Of a stretch of DNA of 64,000 bases, positions 28,784 to 39,857 are shown in pieces. The stretch lies in assembly GCA_963668625.2 (NCBI GenBank), contig CAXXKA010000001.1, positions 256,001 through 320,000 on the forward strand, given 5' to 3'. The translations under genes were made by a program, and so were the position numbers. Position 1 is the first letter of the stretch; every line of letters starts with the position of its first letter. The stretch comes from an uncultured candidate division Zixibacteria bacterium (GTDB lineage Bacteria > Zixibacteria > MSB-5A5 > UBA10806 > 4484-95). Under the pieces are notes generated by a model. The model did not search any database. It had not been told where the DNA came from and worked only from the letters and a program-made list of their open reading frames with translations.

Positions 28784-30034
28784 ATGGCAACTTTTAAATA
28801 TGTAGTTAAAGACAGCAAGGGAAATAAACACGAGGGAACCGTATCGGCCACCTCGGTTGACGGCGCTGTCAACAAATTGAGAGAGGGTGGCAACACTGTC
28901 ATCTCGGTCGTTGACTCCCGTCAGGCAGCCGAGAAAGGCGGAAGTCTTTTTGATGCTATTTCCCTGTACATTTATAAGCAAAGAACAAAAGTACCTCTAA
29001 GCGCGCTTGTCTTTTTTACTCGTCAGTTAGCGACAATGTTTTCGGCTGGTCTGACTATCGAGAAATCCCTGAATAACCTCTTGTATGAGGAGGGCAATGT
29101 CAAGTTCAGAAAAGTCGTTGCCCAGCTTCTCAATGATGTCAAAAAGGGATTGTCGCTTTCGGAGGCGCTTGAACTTCACCCCGGCGTTTTCATGCCTTTA
29201 TATATCGCCCTGGTGAAAGCCGGTGAAATTTCCGGTACGCTTTCGGTCGTTCTCGAGGAGGTTGCCGACTACCTGGAGTTTATTCAGGATACACGCCGAA
29301 AAATAGTTTCGGCAATGTCTTACCCGGCATTCGTTGTGGTCTTCCTGAGCTTTCTCGTTATCGTACTGATCGTCTGGATCGTGCCGATGTTCGAGGGCGT
29401 TTACGCCAAATTCGATGCCGATTTACCGATCTATACCCAGATGCTGATGAATCTATCCAATACCGTTCGCGAAAATTTCATCCTGACTATAATGGGAGTG
29501 ATGATGTTTATTGGGTTGATGATTATTATCAACCTTACGAGAACGGGAAAATACATTTTCGACCGGATTAAGCTGGCCATACCGGTAATCAGGAATCTTA
29601 TCATAAACTCGACCATGAGCAAGATATCCCGTACGTTCGGTATGCTCCTGGGCTCCGGCGTTCCGGTGGTCGATACTATGGTGCTTGTCAGGCGGGTGGT
29701 AACGAATTCGCATTACCAGAGAGCGCTGACCAGATCGACCCAATACGTTAAGGATGGTTTTTCGATTGCCGCCTCGTTGAAGAAAACGAATGTATTTCCG
29801 AACACCCTCCTATCGCTGGCTGCCACCGGTGAGGAGACGGGTGAGATGGAGAAGATGCTGGCCAAGGCCGCCGATTTCTATGACAAACAGTTAGAGGCCG
29901 TTATTGCCAGGTTAACCTCGTTGATTGAACCTCTGTTAATCGCGATGATCGCCGTTGTGATTCTTGGAATCGTAATCGTGATTTACCTGCCGATATTCAT
30001 GTTCGGTTCGGCGATGAGAAAAGCTATTCAGTAA
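28784..30034 (+). CDS. pilC: type IV pilus platform protein PilC (GspF family), copy 1
   Basis: FTRQLATM, AGEISG, TGEETG, LIEP, YLPIF. Confidence 0.93.
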   Translation: MATFKYVVKDSKGNKHEGTVSATSVDGAVNKLREGGNTVISVVDSRQAAEKGGSLFDAISLYIYKQRTKVPLSALVFFTRQLATMFSAGLTIEKSLNNLLYEEGNVKFRKVVAQLLNDVKKGLSLSEALELHPGVFMPLYIALVKAGEISGTLSVVLEEVADYLEFIQDTRRKIVSAMSYPAFVVVFLSFLVIVLIVWIVPMFEGVYAKFDADLPIYTQMLMNLSNTVRENFILTIMGVMMFIGLMIIINLTRTGKYIFDRIKLAIPVIRNLIINSTMSKISRTFGMLLGSGVPVVDTMVLVRRVVTNSHYQRALTRSTQYVKDGFSIAASLKKTNVFPNTLLSLAATGEETGEMEKMLAKAADFYDKQLEAVIARLTSLIEPLLIAMIAVVILGIVIVIYLPIFMFGSAMRKAIQ

Positions 30035-30052
30035 TATTGAAATAATCGAATC

Positions 30053-30083
30053 GCCACCCCTTCTACGGGGTGGCATTTTTTTT
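30053..30083 (+). terminator. intrinsic terminator after pilC
   Basis: GCCACCCC-TTCTAC-GGGGTGGC followed by a T-run. Confidence 0.85.
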
Positions 30084-30797
30084 ATGCAAGATAATTTAAG
30101 CAAATACTTTCCCGGTATAAAGAACGAGATTTTCAAAGAGTATATACCATCCCTGGAGGATTACCGCTTTACTCCTGAAAAAACGAGAATTCTCTGCTTT
30201 ATAGCCGGCTCCCAGGCTTGCGGCGAATACGAAATCATGCGCGGTCTGATAAACTGGGCCTTAGATCGCGGCGTGACGATTGATACGATATATGAAATTT
30301 TATTACAGGGACATTTGTTCGTCGGGTACCCGAGGGCGCTGGAGTCTTTTTTCGTACTCGATGAGATTTGCCGGGAATCGAATTTGACCCCCGGCGCTAA
30401 GGCCGATGAATCCTGGGATCAGGTTTTATTCAGGAAGCGTGGATTAGAGACCGCCCGCAAAATTTATTCTAAAAATTTCGACCTGGTGTATAACAATATT
30501 AAAAAGCTGGCTCCCCAATTAGGCAAGGGAATGATATATGAAGGCTACGGCCGGATAATTTCCCGACCGGGCGCTGGAATCATTGACCGGGAACTGGCAA
30601 TTGTCTCGATACTGACTATCAGTGATATGCAACGTCAGGTTTACTCCCATATCCGCGGCGCCCATAATGTAGGGGCCTCCCCGGAGACAATTGCCGAGGT
30701 AATAGAGCAATGCCTCGCCTTTTGCCCCGAAAAAATAATCATCAAAGCACGCTCCACGATGGAAAAATCGCTTGGAATTTCCGCCTTTCCCGAATAA
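30084..30797 (+). CDS. carboxymuconolactone decarboxylase/AhpD-like protein
   Basis: EILLQ..LFVGYPRAL; YG.I.SRPG....RELA.V..L; HIRGA..VGAS. Confidence 0.72.
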   Translation: MQDNLSKYFPGIKNEIFKEYIPSLEDYRFTPEKTRILCFIAGSQACGEYEIMRGLINWALDRGVTIDTIYEILLQGHLFVGYPRALESFFVLDEICRESNLTPGAKADESWDQVLFRKRGLETARKIYSKNFDLVYNNIKKLAPQLGKGMIYEGYGRIISRPGAGIIDRELAIVSILTISDMQRQVYSHIRGAHNVGASPETIAEVIEQCLAFCPEKIIIKARSTMEKSLGISAFPE

Positions 30798-30826
30798 AAT
30801 AAATCTCGGAGGCGTATAATTACAAT

Positions 30827-33800
30827 ATGAGGCACTTGATTAAAATACCGCTGGCCGGGATATCGTTAATTTTATTCTTGGTTACGCTATTATTATATCT
30901 CTATTTCTTTACCAGCGTCCCCGAACAACAGTTGAACGATTGGCTGGAATATTACCTTCCCGAAAATACCGGCTATAAAGTTACCGTGGATAAAGTTTAT
31001 CGTGACTTATGGAGACAGATTAAATTCGAGGGTATTAAGGTATTTAAAATATCCGGCGATAAATCCGTTCCTATCGGTTTCGTAAATACTATTGAGGCTC
31101 AATATTCGATACGAGATATATTGTTTCAGGATTATCACTTTTCTAATTTCTCGGTTAAAGATATCGATATCTCATTAGTTCCCGATGATCGGCTGATAGA
31201 GGTCGCCGCCGATACCTCGGTTAGAAAGCCGCCGTCCCAACTAAAGCTTCCCGATGTGATAATTGATAATATCGAATTCAGAAATATCAACATACAAGCT
31301 CCGCTGGGCGGGGAGATAGTTGATTTCATCATTCCCGTTTTTTCCGGATCATTCGGTAGCGACGGCGGCCTGGTTGATTTGCAGATCGATAGTATTAACG
31401 GTAGCTGTCCGCAGAAAGAGTTCGAGGTAGAATACCTCAACGCCCGCTGTTTTATAGCTGATGACGGCTTGATGATCGAAGCATTGAATATTAAAACTTC
31501 TCGTTCACTGATAGGGATAAGCGGCAGGTTCGGCGAATTGAAATCGCCCGATTACAAGCTTGCTATTGATATCTCGCCGATTGATTTAGCCGATGTTGCC
31601 GCGCTTACCGGAGTCAAACTCGAGGGGGTATTCGAGGTGGCGGGAAGTGTCAACGGTGATTTGAAGAAGTTCGGAGGAGAGCTAAAAGGAAGCGGCTCGC
31701 TTTTCGAGAGATCATTGGATAATTTTACGATGGATTTCAGGTTTGACGATAAAATCCTGTATGTCGATTCGTATGTTGGCAACTTATTCGAATCGCCACT
31801 GGTTGGCAGCGGCCTGTTGGATTTCAATCACAAACCCGAACGTTATACTTTTGACGGTAATTTTCAAGGATTGAATCTGCAGAAGATTTCACCGGATATT
31901 TACAGCTCTTTCAGCGGTGATTTTCAATTGAACGGACAGGGATTTAGCAGCGAGTCGTTTTATATGGAGGTCGACGCCCAATTGGATTGGGCCGATATCG
32001 ATATTTACCATTTCGACAGAGTAAATGGAAAAGTCGATTTCGATCTAGAGGCTATAAATTTCCATCCGGGTTTCGCGGCTTACTATAAGCATACCACCGC
32101 CAATTTTAGCGGCAGGCTAGAATACCAGGGTGATATCGATTTACTGGGAAAGGCCCGGTTCGATGATCTGGCTGATTTCACCGGTCAAATATTCATTCAG
32201 GATTTGGATGGAGTAGGTAACGCGGATTTCGAGGTGACGGGTCCGACTTTAGATTTCACCATCGATGGCGGTTTCTATTCCGACTCATGCCGTTTCTATG
32301 GTTTAATGGCTGATTCGTTCGCTTTCGATTTGAATTTGAAATCGTTTATCAGTCATAAGGTGGGGCGAGTCGAGGGGAGATGGTTCGGTGGAGATTTATA
32401 TACGATCCCGGTGGATTCCGGTTTCTTCTCGACATCCATATCCGGCGAGAAATATTTCCTCGACAGTATTCGGGTGGAGAACGCCAACAACAAACTCGAT
32501 TTCGCCGGTTCGTTCGACAACACGCTTTTACCGCCGTCTCTGGTTATCGATACCCTGAACATGGTATTATGGAAGGATACCGTTTATACGATCACGCCTC
32601 TCGTAATTGATGTATACGAGAAAGAAGTCGAGTTCCAGGATTTCAAGCTTTACTCCGAATTAGGATCACTTGATATGATCGGCGTCATAACTTACGACGA
32701 GCAAATGGACCTGTACGTGACGACCGAAAATTTACGTATACAAACGATAGCTGCGTATTTCATTGATGATCGTTCGGTCAGCGCCTCGCTTTCGGGAGAT
32801 ATCTACGTTAACGGTGATTTCACGAATCCCGTATTCGTCTCCGATATCTGGGTGAGCGATCTTGCGGTTGACAATTACGAGCTGGGGCAGCTTAATGTTC
32901 GAGCTAATTACAGCTATGGCAGAATAGAGTTCGTACCTGCCGAGCTTGAAAATCCTCACGGATTGTACACACTAACCGGTACTTTGCCGATAAACCTGTC
33001 TTTCACCTCTGAGGAAGAGCTATTTCCACCCGAGGAGATGGATTTGGAATTTAGAGCCAGCGGTGATGCCGCTACGCTTGTTCCTATAGTCATACCATCG
33101 ATCAGGGAATTCGAGACCGTGTTCGAAATCGATATCGGTGTTAAAGGAACTTTCGATAAGCCCATAGTATCCGGAACGTATCTTCTGAATGAAGGTACTC
33201 TTTACACCATGGAACTGGTTGAGCCGTTGCGTGACGTGGTACTGGGGGGGCGCCTGGAAAACGACAAGATTTATATCGATACCCTGACTGCTTACGCTAC
33301 TCTGACTAAAGATAGTTTTTCCAAAACGATAGACCGCTACTTGAGCGCCGCCAATCTTACCGAGGAATCCAAAGGTCTGATTACCGGTTTCGGAACCGTG
33401 ACTCTTCTGGATTTGAATAACCAGTTGTATGATCTTACTATATCGGGATACAATTGCGAGTTTTATGCGGATGCTTATGATGTGCAATTGCTGACGGATC
33501 TGTTTATCACCGTCAAGGGTAAATCGCCCCCCCTGGTAGAGGGTTGGGCCGAAGTGAAAAGATTCGAGCTAAGAGATAGGTTCTCCAAATTCGCCACGGA
33601 AAGCGCTCCTGATGTCGCGGTTGAGGAGGATTCGACACTATGGGATATCAAGCTCGATATCGCCGCGCCTAATAATATCTGGATAAAGAACGCCGATGCT
33701 TTTATCGAAACCGAAGGCGCCGCCGATATGGAGTTGAGCGGCGAGTTGACTGTGACTCGTGAAAAAGGCATACTCGGCGTATTAGGCGAACTGGATGTTG

Positions 33801-34405
33801 AAAGCGAGAGAAGCTATTTCTATCTGGCTAACATGAAATTCAAGATTGAAGAAGGTTCGATGACATTCGATAATCCCGATACTCTCGATCCCCAGGTAAA
33901 CTTGAATGTGACAACGAGGGTTCTAACGCCCAGTCAACAAACAAGCTATACCGATCTCGATCTGGTTATAAGTGGGCGTCTGAGTAACTTGAAAATAGGA
34001 ACCTCAGCCGGCTCGAATTACTCGGATGAAGATATTCTGTTCGTGCTATTGGAAAATATTATTGCCACAGGCGAAGGCAACAATGTATCGGATAACCTTG
34101 CATTCATGGGCGGACGGCTTGTCTCGAGTTCGCTAAGCGATCTTGATATAGTCGATATGGTTGATATAAATATTGATCAATACGATGATGATGCCGGTGA
34201 ATCTAAAAGAGCAACCAGGTTTACTGTCTGGAAATATATATCACCTAAATTGCTGGTGAATTTTTCGACGCGAATGTCTCAGGAGAAACCCGGCCAGACA
34301 GTTGGTTTCGAGTACATACATAGTGATAATATCTCTTTCGAGGGGCGACAGGGCACGGCCGATGAGGGCGTTTCATTCGACTTAAAGCTAAGATATGAAT
34401 ATTAG
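30827..34405 (+). CDS. translocation/assembly module TamB-like protein
   Basis: N-terminal TM anchor, long beta-rich body, DUF490-like C-terminus; adjacent to an Omp85 gene. Confidence 0.8.
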   Translation: MRHLIKIPLAGISLILFLVTLLLYLYFFTSVPEQQLNDWLEYYLPENTGYKVTVDKVYRDLWRQIKFEGIKVFKISGDKSVPIGFVNTIEAQYSIRDILFQDYHFSNFSVKDIDISLVPDDRLIEVAADTSVRKPPSQLKLPDVIIDNIEFRNINIQAPLGGEIVDFIIPVFSGSFGSDGGLVDLQIDSINGSCPQKEFEVEYLNARCFIADDGLMIEALNIKTSRSLIGISGRFGELKSPDYKLAIDISPIDLADVAALTGVKLEGVFEVAGSVNGDLKKFGGELKGSGSLFERSLDNFTMDFRFDDKILYVDSYVGNLFESPLVGSGLLDFNHKPERYTFDGNFQGLNLQKISPDIYSSFSGDFQLNGQGFSSESFYMEVDAQLDWADIDIYHFDRVNGKVDFDLEAINFHPGFAAYYKHTTANFSGRLEYQGDIDLLGKARFDDLADFTGQIFIQDLDGVGNADFEVTGPTLDFTIDGGFYSDSCRFYGLMADSFAFDLNLKSFISHKVGRVEGRWFGGDLYTIPVDSGFFSTSISGEKYFLDSIRVENANNKLDFAGSFDNTLLPPSLVIDTLNMVLWKDTVYTITPLVIDVYEKEVEFQDFKLYSELGSLDMIGVITYDEQMDLYVTTENLRIQTIAAYFIDDRSVSASLSGDIYVNGDFTNPVFVSDIWVSDLAVDNYELGQLNVRANYSYGRIEFVPAELENPHGLYTLTGTLPINLSFTSEEELFPPEEMDLEFRASGDAATLVPIVIPSIREFETVFEIDIGVKGTFDKPIVSGTYLLNEGTLYTMELVEPLRDVVLGGRLENDKIYIDTLTAYATLTKDSFSKTIDRYLSAANLTEESKGLITGFGTVTLLDLNNQLYDLTISGYNCEFYADAYDVQLLTDLFITVKGKSPPLVEGWAEVKRFELRDRFSKFATESAPDVAVEEDSTLWDIKLDIAAPNNIWIKNADAFIETEGAADMELSGELTVTREKGILGVLGELDVESERSYFYLANMKFKIEEGSMTFDNPDTLDPQVNLNVTTRVLTPSQQTSYTDLDLVISGRLSNLKIGTSAGSNYSDEDILFVLLENIIATGEGNNVSDNLAFMGGRLVSSSLSDLDIVDMVDINIDQYDDDAGESKRATRFTVWKYISPKLLVNFSTRMSQEKPGQTVGFEYIHSDNISFEGRQGTADEGVSFDLKLRYEY

Positions 34406-36362
34406 ATTACTTGCCGTAACAATCTTCGTTTTATTATTTACGATTACCGGTTTCGGGCAGAATGCCAGACTACGTAAAAAGCGCGTAAACAATATCGAGA
34501 TAAAAGGTAATCGCGTTTTCTCCGAGGGGAAAATTAAAAGCATGCTTTTCACGAAAGAGAAAAAGTGGTATGCTTTCCTCAGTAAAAGAAAATATTCCGA
34601 ATCGGACGTGAAATATGATATAGAAACGATCCGCAAATTTTACGGCAGAAACGGCTATCCGTTTACTCGAGCAACCGGTGTTGCCATGTTGTCCCCGAAG
34701 GATACCTCCAAGGTACAGGTTACATTCACTATCGATGAGGGGAAGAAAGTATATCTCAGCTCAGTTCAAATCAGAGGTGGATTACCCCGGATAAATACTC
34801 AACTCAAGGATTATATCCAGAAAATCAAAACCGGCGAACCGATAAACACGGAACTTATAAAGGCTTCCGTGTATCGGATAAAAAACCTTTACGCCGATAA
34901 CGCCTACCCAATTGCAGATGTAAGCTCCGAATTAGAATATTCCCCGGACTCCTCGTATGTTGATGTTGCATTCCTGATAAACCCGGGCACGTACGTTTTA
35001 AACGGTGATATCGAGATTGCCAGGGAGGGTAGCGATAAATCGAAAGAATTCATACTACGGCGCGAGCTGGTTATCGAAAAAGGTAAACCATATGACAGGC
35101 GTAAAATGATCGAAAGCCAGCAGCGTCTGTACAGTACCGGTTTGCTGCGATTCGTTACTCTTCGGAGAACTCTGGGTTTGAAAGAGATCGAATCCGATAC
35201 CTCGGTAACGGATTTCAGACTTGTCATAAACGAACGTAAACCTCTGTTCATTAACGGCAAAATCGGCGCCGGTCAGGATGACGATTTCGGCGCGGTTTTC
35301 TCGACCTCTGCCAGTGTCGGTCATAGAAATTTGTGGGGAACCGGCAGGAAACTTATTTTAACAGGAAGTATAAGCCTTCAATTTACACAGCGTGGCGAAG
35401 AAAATGTAGATAGTCTCGAGTTTAAAGACCTCTTCTCGAAATCGTTCTGGCGTGATATCAAGTTACAAACCGTAAAAAACGCGGTAGAGCTCGATTATGT
35501 AGAACCCTGGTTTTTGGGCTATCGTATGCCGCTTTCGCTTTCGACGGAATATAAAATACGAAATAAAAATCCACTGATTGGTAAATTCTACGATCAGATA
35601 TCCGGGGAAATGCAGTTATCCCGAGAGTTGAATCTTCATACTAATATCAGTTTCTCGGCCAGGGTTGAGTTTGTCGATATCCACGATATAAAAAGTGATG
35701 AGCAGGAAATATACCGCAAGAATGGTGATAACTCTATAAGACGGAGACTTTCGTTCTATGGCCAGAGAGACACGCGCGATAATCTGCTTGCTCCGCAGAA
35801 AGGCATTTTTTCATACGTGGCACTGGATTATGTCGGCGATGTTTTAGGCGGTGATTTCAGCTATATTAAAGGCGAATTCTATTGGAGCGGTTATAAGAAT
35901 CTCGATGGCAGTAATATATTGGCAATGCGATTCAATACCGGCGTACTCGAGGAGCTTGCCATCGATGGTTCCAGTTCGGATGACAGGTTTACGCTTGGCG
36001 GTGCGAAAACTATTCGCGGATTTGCCGAAAATGATCTGGGCGTAAAATGGGGCTTGCCCGATGTCGACTCTACACAGAGTTTGTACGGTCAGCCTAAAGG
36101 CGGCAAATTGATGATGCTGGCAAACCTCGAACTTCGCCGCACATTATTCTGGCGTTTCGGAGGCACGGCTTTCCTCGATGCCGGAAACGTGTTTTATAAT
36201 GTCAAGGAGTTCAAATTGAATCGAATCGAATTGGTTGGCGGATTAGGCATTCAGTTTTTCACACCGATCGGCCCTATCAGGCTCGACCGGGGCGTACGTA
36301 TCAGAAAACCATTTGACCTGGCTGATGGCGCGACTCATCTGACTATTTTATATGCGTTCTAA
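34395..36362 (+). CDS. Omp85 (TamA/BamA) family outer-membrane protein
   Basis: POTRA motifs (IEIKGN, Y...GY, LYSTG); LGGAKTIRGF; TPIGPIRLD; terminal F. Confidence 0.88.
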   Translation: MNIRLLAVTIFVLLFTITGFGQNARLRKKRVNNIEIKGNRVFSEGKIKSMLFTKEKKWYAFLSKRKYSESDVKYDIETIRKFYGRNGYPFTRATGVAMLSPKDTSKVQVTFTIDEGKKVYLSSVQIRGGLPRINTQLKDYIQKIKTGEPINTELIKASVYRIKNLYADNAYPIADVSSELEYSPDSSYVDVAFLINPGTYVLNGDIEIAREGSDKSKEFILRRELVIEKGKPYDRRKMIESQQRLYSTGLLRFVTLRRTLGLKEIESDTSVTDFRLVINERKPLFINGKIGAGQDDDFGAVFSTSASVGHRNLWGTGRKLILTGSISLQFTQRGEENVDSLEFKDLFSKSFWRDIKLQTVKNAVELDYVEPWFLGYRMPLSLSTEYKIRNKNPLIGKFYDQISGEMQLSRELNLHTNISFSARVEFVDIHDIKSDEQEIYRKNGDNSIRRRLSFYGQRDTRDNLLAPQKGIFSYVALDYVGDVLGGDFSYIKGEFYWSGYKNLDGSNILAMRFNTGVLEELAIDGSSSDDRFTLGGAKTIRGFAENDLGVKWGLPDVDSTQSLYGQPKGGKLMMLANLELRRTLFWRFGGTAFLDAGNVFYNVKEFKLNRIELVGGLGIQFFTPIGPIRLDRGVRIRKPFDLADGATHLTILYAF

Positions 36363-37110
36363 AAAAGCAATAATAGGCATAACTTTAAGCCAGGCCAACG
36401 ATGTGAAAAAATACCGCTGGCCCTCGGTATGGGCGATGGATTATGTCGATAAGGGTTATCATTATGGTGTGGAGAAAGCCGGCGCTATACCTATTGGGCT
36501 GCACAATACCGCTTCCATCGAGATGTTAGAGGAGTATCTTGACATGGTGGATGGTATCGTATTCACCGGCGGTACCGATGTTAACTCGAATTATTTCAAT
36601 CAGCCTCGCAATAAAACATGTTCGAGATTCGTCGAACCCCGCGACCGGTTCGAGATAGAACTGGCCAAACTGGCGGTAAAACGCAAAATCCCCTTGTATT
36701 GCATTTGCCGGGGACATCAGGTACTTAATATCGCGATGAGGGGAACCCTGTATCAGGATGTAGGTTTGTTGGATGGCGAGGTGTTAAGGCATCCCGATAT
36801 ACGAGAGGGACTCGATTCGTTTCATTTTATCTCGATCGGAAAAGATACGCTCCTTTATGATATAATCAGATCTCGACGTATAAAAGTTAACTCGGCTCAT
36901 CACCAGGTTGTAGATAGATTAGGCGAGGGGCTGACTGTCGCGGCCAGGTCATCCGATGGCGTTATCGAGGCTCTCGACATGGCTGATCATCCGTTTATTC
37001 TCAGCGCTCAATGGCATCCCGAGAGAATGCAGGATAAGGATCACGCGCGAAGGATGTTTAGCGCTTTCGTGGATTCCGCAATGAAATACAAGCGTGGAAC
37101 ACTTCGCTAA
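36352..37110 (+). CDS. peptidase C26 / gamma-glutamyl-GABA hydrolase-like glutamine amidotransferase
   Basis: FTGG.D, ICRG.Q, VNSAHHQ, QWHPE. Confidence 0.9.
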   Translation: MRSKKAIIGITLSQANDVKKYRWPSVWAMDYVDKGYHYGVEKAGAIPIGLHNTASIEMLEEYLDMVDGIVFTGGTDVNSNYFNQPRNKTCSRFVEPRDRFEIELAKLAVKRKIPLYCICRGHQVLNIAMRGTLYQDVGLLDGEVLRHPDIREGLDSFHFISIGKDTLLYDIIRSRRIKVNSAHHQVVDRLGEGLTVAARSSDGVIEALDMADHPFILSAQWHPERMQDKDHARRMFSAFVDSAMKYKRGTLR

Positions 37111-37156
37111 ATAAACATGTTAATTGTGTGATGGCAGAATTTATAGGCGGGTAACA

Positions 37157-38221
37157 ATGAAGTCTGTAATCGTAGCAATGTCCGGCGGCGTGGATTCCTC
37201 CGTAGCGGCGCTGTTGCTTCAAAAGGAAGGTTATAAAATAACGGGTATTACTTTCCGCAATTTCAAGGAAAGTGATTATATGGCCGATTGGTCTCCGAAA
37301 AACTGTTGTTCGCTGGAGCATTTCAACAACGCTTACGATATTTGCGAATCGATAAATGCGCCTCATTACCTGATAAACAGTGTCGAGCCTTTCCAGCAGG
37401 AAGTTATCGACAATTTCAAGCGATCGTACCTGGCTGGTGTCACGCCCAACCCCTGTATAAGGTGTAACAGTCTCGTGCGCTGGCCCAAATTGATGAGATT
37501 CGCCGAGGAAATGAACGCCGACTTTATCGCTACCGGCCATTACGCCCGGCTAATTAAACGAGAAGATCGCATACTCATACGCAAAGCCGAATACGATAAT
37601 AAAGATCAAACATATGCTTTGTGGGGAATCAATCCCGATTATCTGAAACGTACCATATTCCCGGTGGGAGAGTACACCAAGCAGGAGATACGAGATATCG
37701 CTCGCGAGCATGATCTCCCCAGTTTCAACCTGCCCGAAAGTCAGGATATATGTTTCGTGCCCGATGGTAAGTACACCGATTTATTCGAAAGCGGCGAGCC
37801 GGGAGATATCGTAAACACACGGGGAGAGGTATTGGGGAGGCATCACGGCCTGCAAGCCTATACCATAGGCCAGAGGCGAGGCCTGGGTATATCCAATCCT
37901 GAGCCGTTATACGTAATAAGCGTGGATCGCGATTCTAACAAGCTGATAGTCGGCACGGGCGAGATGATATTCAAATCGAGGTTTACTGTAAAAGACACTA
38001 ACTGGTTTATCGGTATACCGCCGGGACAAACGCTCGATTGCCTGGCGAAAATAAGGTACCGCCATCAACCGGCGGCTTGTAGTGTACGTATCGAATCGGG
38101 GAATTCTGCCGAGGTAATATTCGATGAACCGCAAAGGGCGATTACTCCCGGACAGTCCTCGGTGTTTTATAACGGGGATATGATGCTGGGTGGCGGCGTT
38201 ATCGAAACTGTTATGGATTGA
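37157..38221 (+). CDS. mnmA: tRNA 2-thiouridine(34) synthase
   Basis: AMSGGVDSSV, TPNPCIRCN, ATGHYA, KDQTY, SQDICF, YTIGQRRG, PGQS. Confidence 0.96.
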   Translation: MKSVIVAMSGGVDSSVAALLLQKEGYKITGITFRNFKESDYMADWSPKNCCSLEHFNNAYDICESINAPHYLINSVEPFQQEVIDNFKRSYLAGVTPNPCIRCNSLVRWPKLMRFAEEMNADFIATGHYARLIKREDRILIRKAEYDNKDQTYALWGINPDYLKRTIFPVGEYTKQEIRDIAREHDLPSFNLPESQDICFVPDGKYTDLFESGEPGDIVNTRGEVLGRHHGLQAYTIGQRRGLGISNPEPLYVISVDRDSNKLIVGTGEMIFKSRFTVKDTNWFIGIPPGQTLDCLAKIRYRHQPAACSVRIESGNSAEVIFDEPQRAITPGQSSVFYNGDMMLGGGVIETVMD

Positions 38222-38254
38222 GAATAGTTTAGTGGATATAGAAATGGAGGGTAC

Positions 38255-38941
38255 ATGCTAAACCTGTCATTCTTGGGGCATTCATGTTTCCTGCTCGAAT
38301 CAAACAACCAGAAAGTTATCATCGACCCGTTTATTAGCGGTAACCCGTTGGCTAAAGTTAGCGTGAATGACGTAAAAACCGATTTCATCCTGCTGACCCA
38401 CGGCCATGGAGATCATCTGGGGGACGCTTTGGAACTGGCGAAAAGCAACGAGGCTATGATAATCTCGAACTACGAAATAGCCACTTACTGCGCCAGAAAC
38501 GGCGTGGAGAAAACCGCCGGCTTGCATATCGGCGGCGGTTCTGATTTCTCTTTCGGCTCCTTAAAATTGACCATCGCGCATCACGGCTCCACGCTGGGGG
38601 ATAGCATGGTTTACGGCGGCAATCCGGTGGGCTTCATAATCCGCATGGACGGCAAGACTATATACCACGCCGGCGATACCGGCTTATTCCTGGATATGAA
38701 ATTAATCGGTGAACTAGATAACATAGATGTTGCCCTGCTGCCTATCGGAGGTTATTTCACTATGGATATCAACGATGCGGCAAAGGCGGTCGAATTCCTT
38801 AAACCCAAAAAAGTAATACCCATGCATTACGACACTTTCGATCCGATCAAAGCCGATCCGAAAAAGTTCGCCGAGAAAGCCAGAGAGCTCGGCACGGAAT
38901 GTATAATACTCGAACCGGGACATTCATACGGTCTTGAATAA
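38255..38941 (+). CDS. metal-dependent hydrolase (UPF0173, MBL fold)
   Basis: LGHS, THGHGDH, YHAGDT, PMHY. Confidence 0.9.
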   Translation: MLNLSFLGHSCFLLESNNQKVIIDPFISGNPLAKVSVNDVKTDFILLTHGHGDHLGDALELAKSNEAMIISNYEIATYCARNGVEKTAGLHIGGGSDFSFGSLKLTIAHHGSTLGDSMVYGGNPVGFIIRMDGKTIYHAGDTGLFLDMKLIGELDNIDVALLPIGGYFTMDINDAAKAVEFLKPKKVIPMHYDTFDPIKADPKKFAEKARELGTECIILEPGHSYGLE

Positions 38942-39857
38942 GATTAACGATATTTTATCACTCGCGTTTAATCGCTTATTCGTTACGCTGATACTGATTT
39001 CGGTGTTTTCCTGCGGCTCGGTGGCGGCTACCTATATAATAGAGGCGCCAGGCAATCAGGAATCTCATATCAATAACACGCTGAATGAATATGAGGACAA
39101 GATCGAGGAGCTTTTAGGCATAATTTATGATGATACCGTTCGGGTGGTCGTGGCTGCCGATATGGTATCTTTCAGCAAGGCGCTCGGCTCGGAATTCCCC
39201 GACTGGGGTGCGGCGGCGGCTATTAAAGCCAGAAAGCTGATCGTCATTAAATCACCCTCGCATTTCAGGGTAGGTAAAAGTCTGGAGGAGTTGCTGGGAC
39301 ATGAACTGGGGCATATTATTCTGGATGACGCCTCCGGCGGGCGATGGTTGCCGCGATGGTTCGAGGAGGGGTTTTGCCAGATAGTATCCGGCGAGTGGCG
39401 TATCAACCAGGATTTACTGATAACGCGCGCCGTCTGGGGATCGGGGCTGATTCCGTTAACCGCCCTGGAGGGTGTAAACCGTTTCGGTGGCGCTAAAGCC
39501 TCGCTGGCATACTCGCAATCGTACCTGGCGATTAGCTCGTTGGTGAAAGAATTCGGAACACGTTTCTTTCACGATTTCTTCGAATATTACCGCGATTCGG
39601 GCAATTTCTATGAATCGTTTTTCAAATCGACCGGATACGAATATACCGAATGGCTGGGAATCTGGCAGAGTAAAACTGTCGAACGATATCGGTTCGTACT
39701 TTACGTGTTCGATCCGCAAGTATTATTTCCCTTGATTGCCGTATTATTTATTATATTATATTTGATTAAGAGATATATAACCCGACGGAAACTCAGACAA
39801 TGGCAGATAGAGGAGAGGATAAGAGGGGATGAGCAAGGCTATTCAGCATGGGATTGA
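38934..39857 (+). CDS. peptidase MA-like metallohydrolase
   Basis: HELGH, LPRWFEEG, AYSQS. Confidence 0.75.
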   Translation: MNKINDILSLAFNRLFVTLILISVFSCGSVAATYIIEAPGNQESHINNTLNEYEDKIEELLGIIYDDTVRVVVAADMVSFSKALGSEFPDWGAAAAIKARKLIVIKSPSHFRVGKSLEELLGHELGHIILDDASGGRWLPRWFEEGFCQIVSGEWRINQDLLITRAVWGSGLIPLTALEGVNRFGGAKASLAYSQSYLAISSLVKEFGTRFFHDFFEYYRDSGNFYESFFKSTGYEYTEWLGIWQSKTVERYRFVLYVFDPQVLFPLIAVLFIILYLIKRYITRRKLRQWQIEERIRGDEQGYSAWD

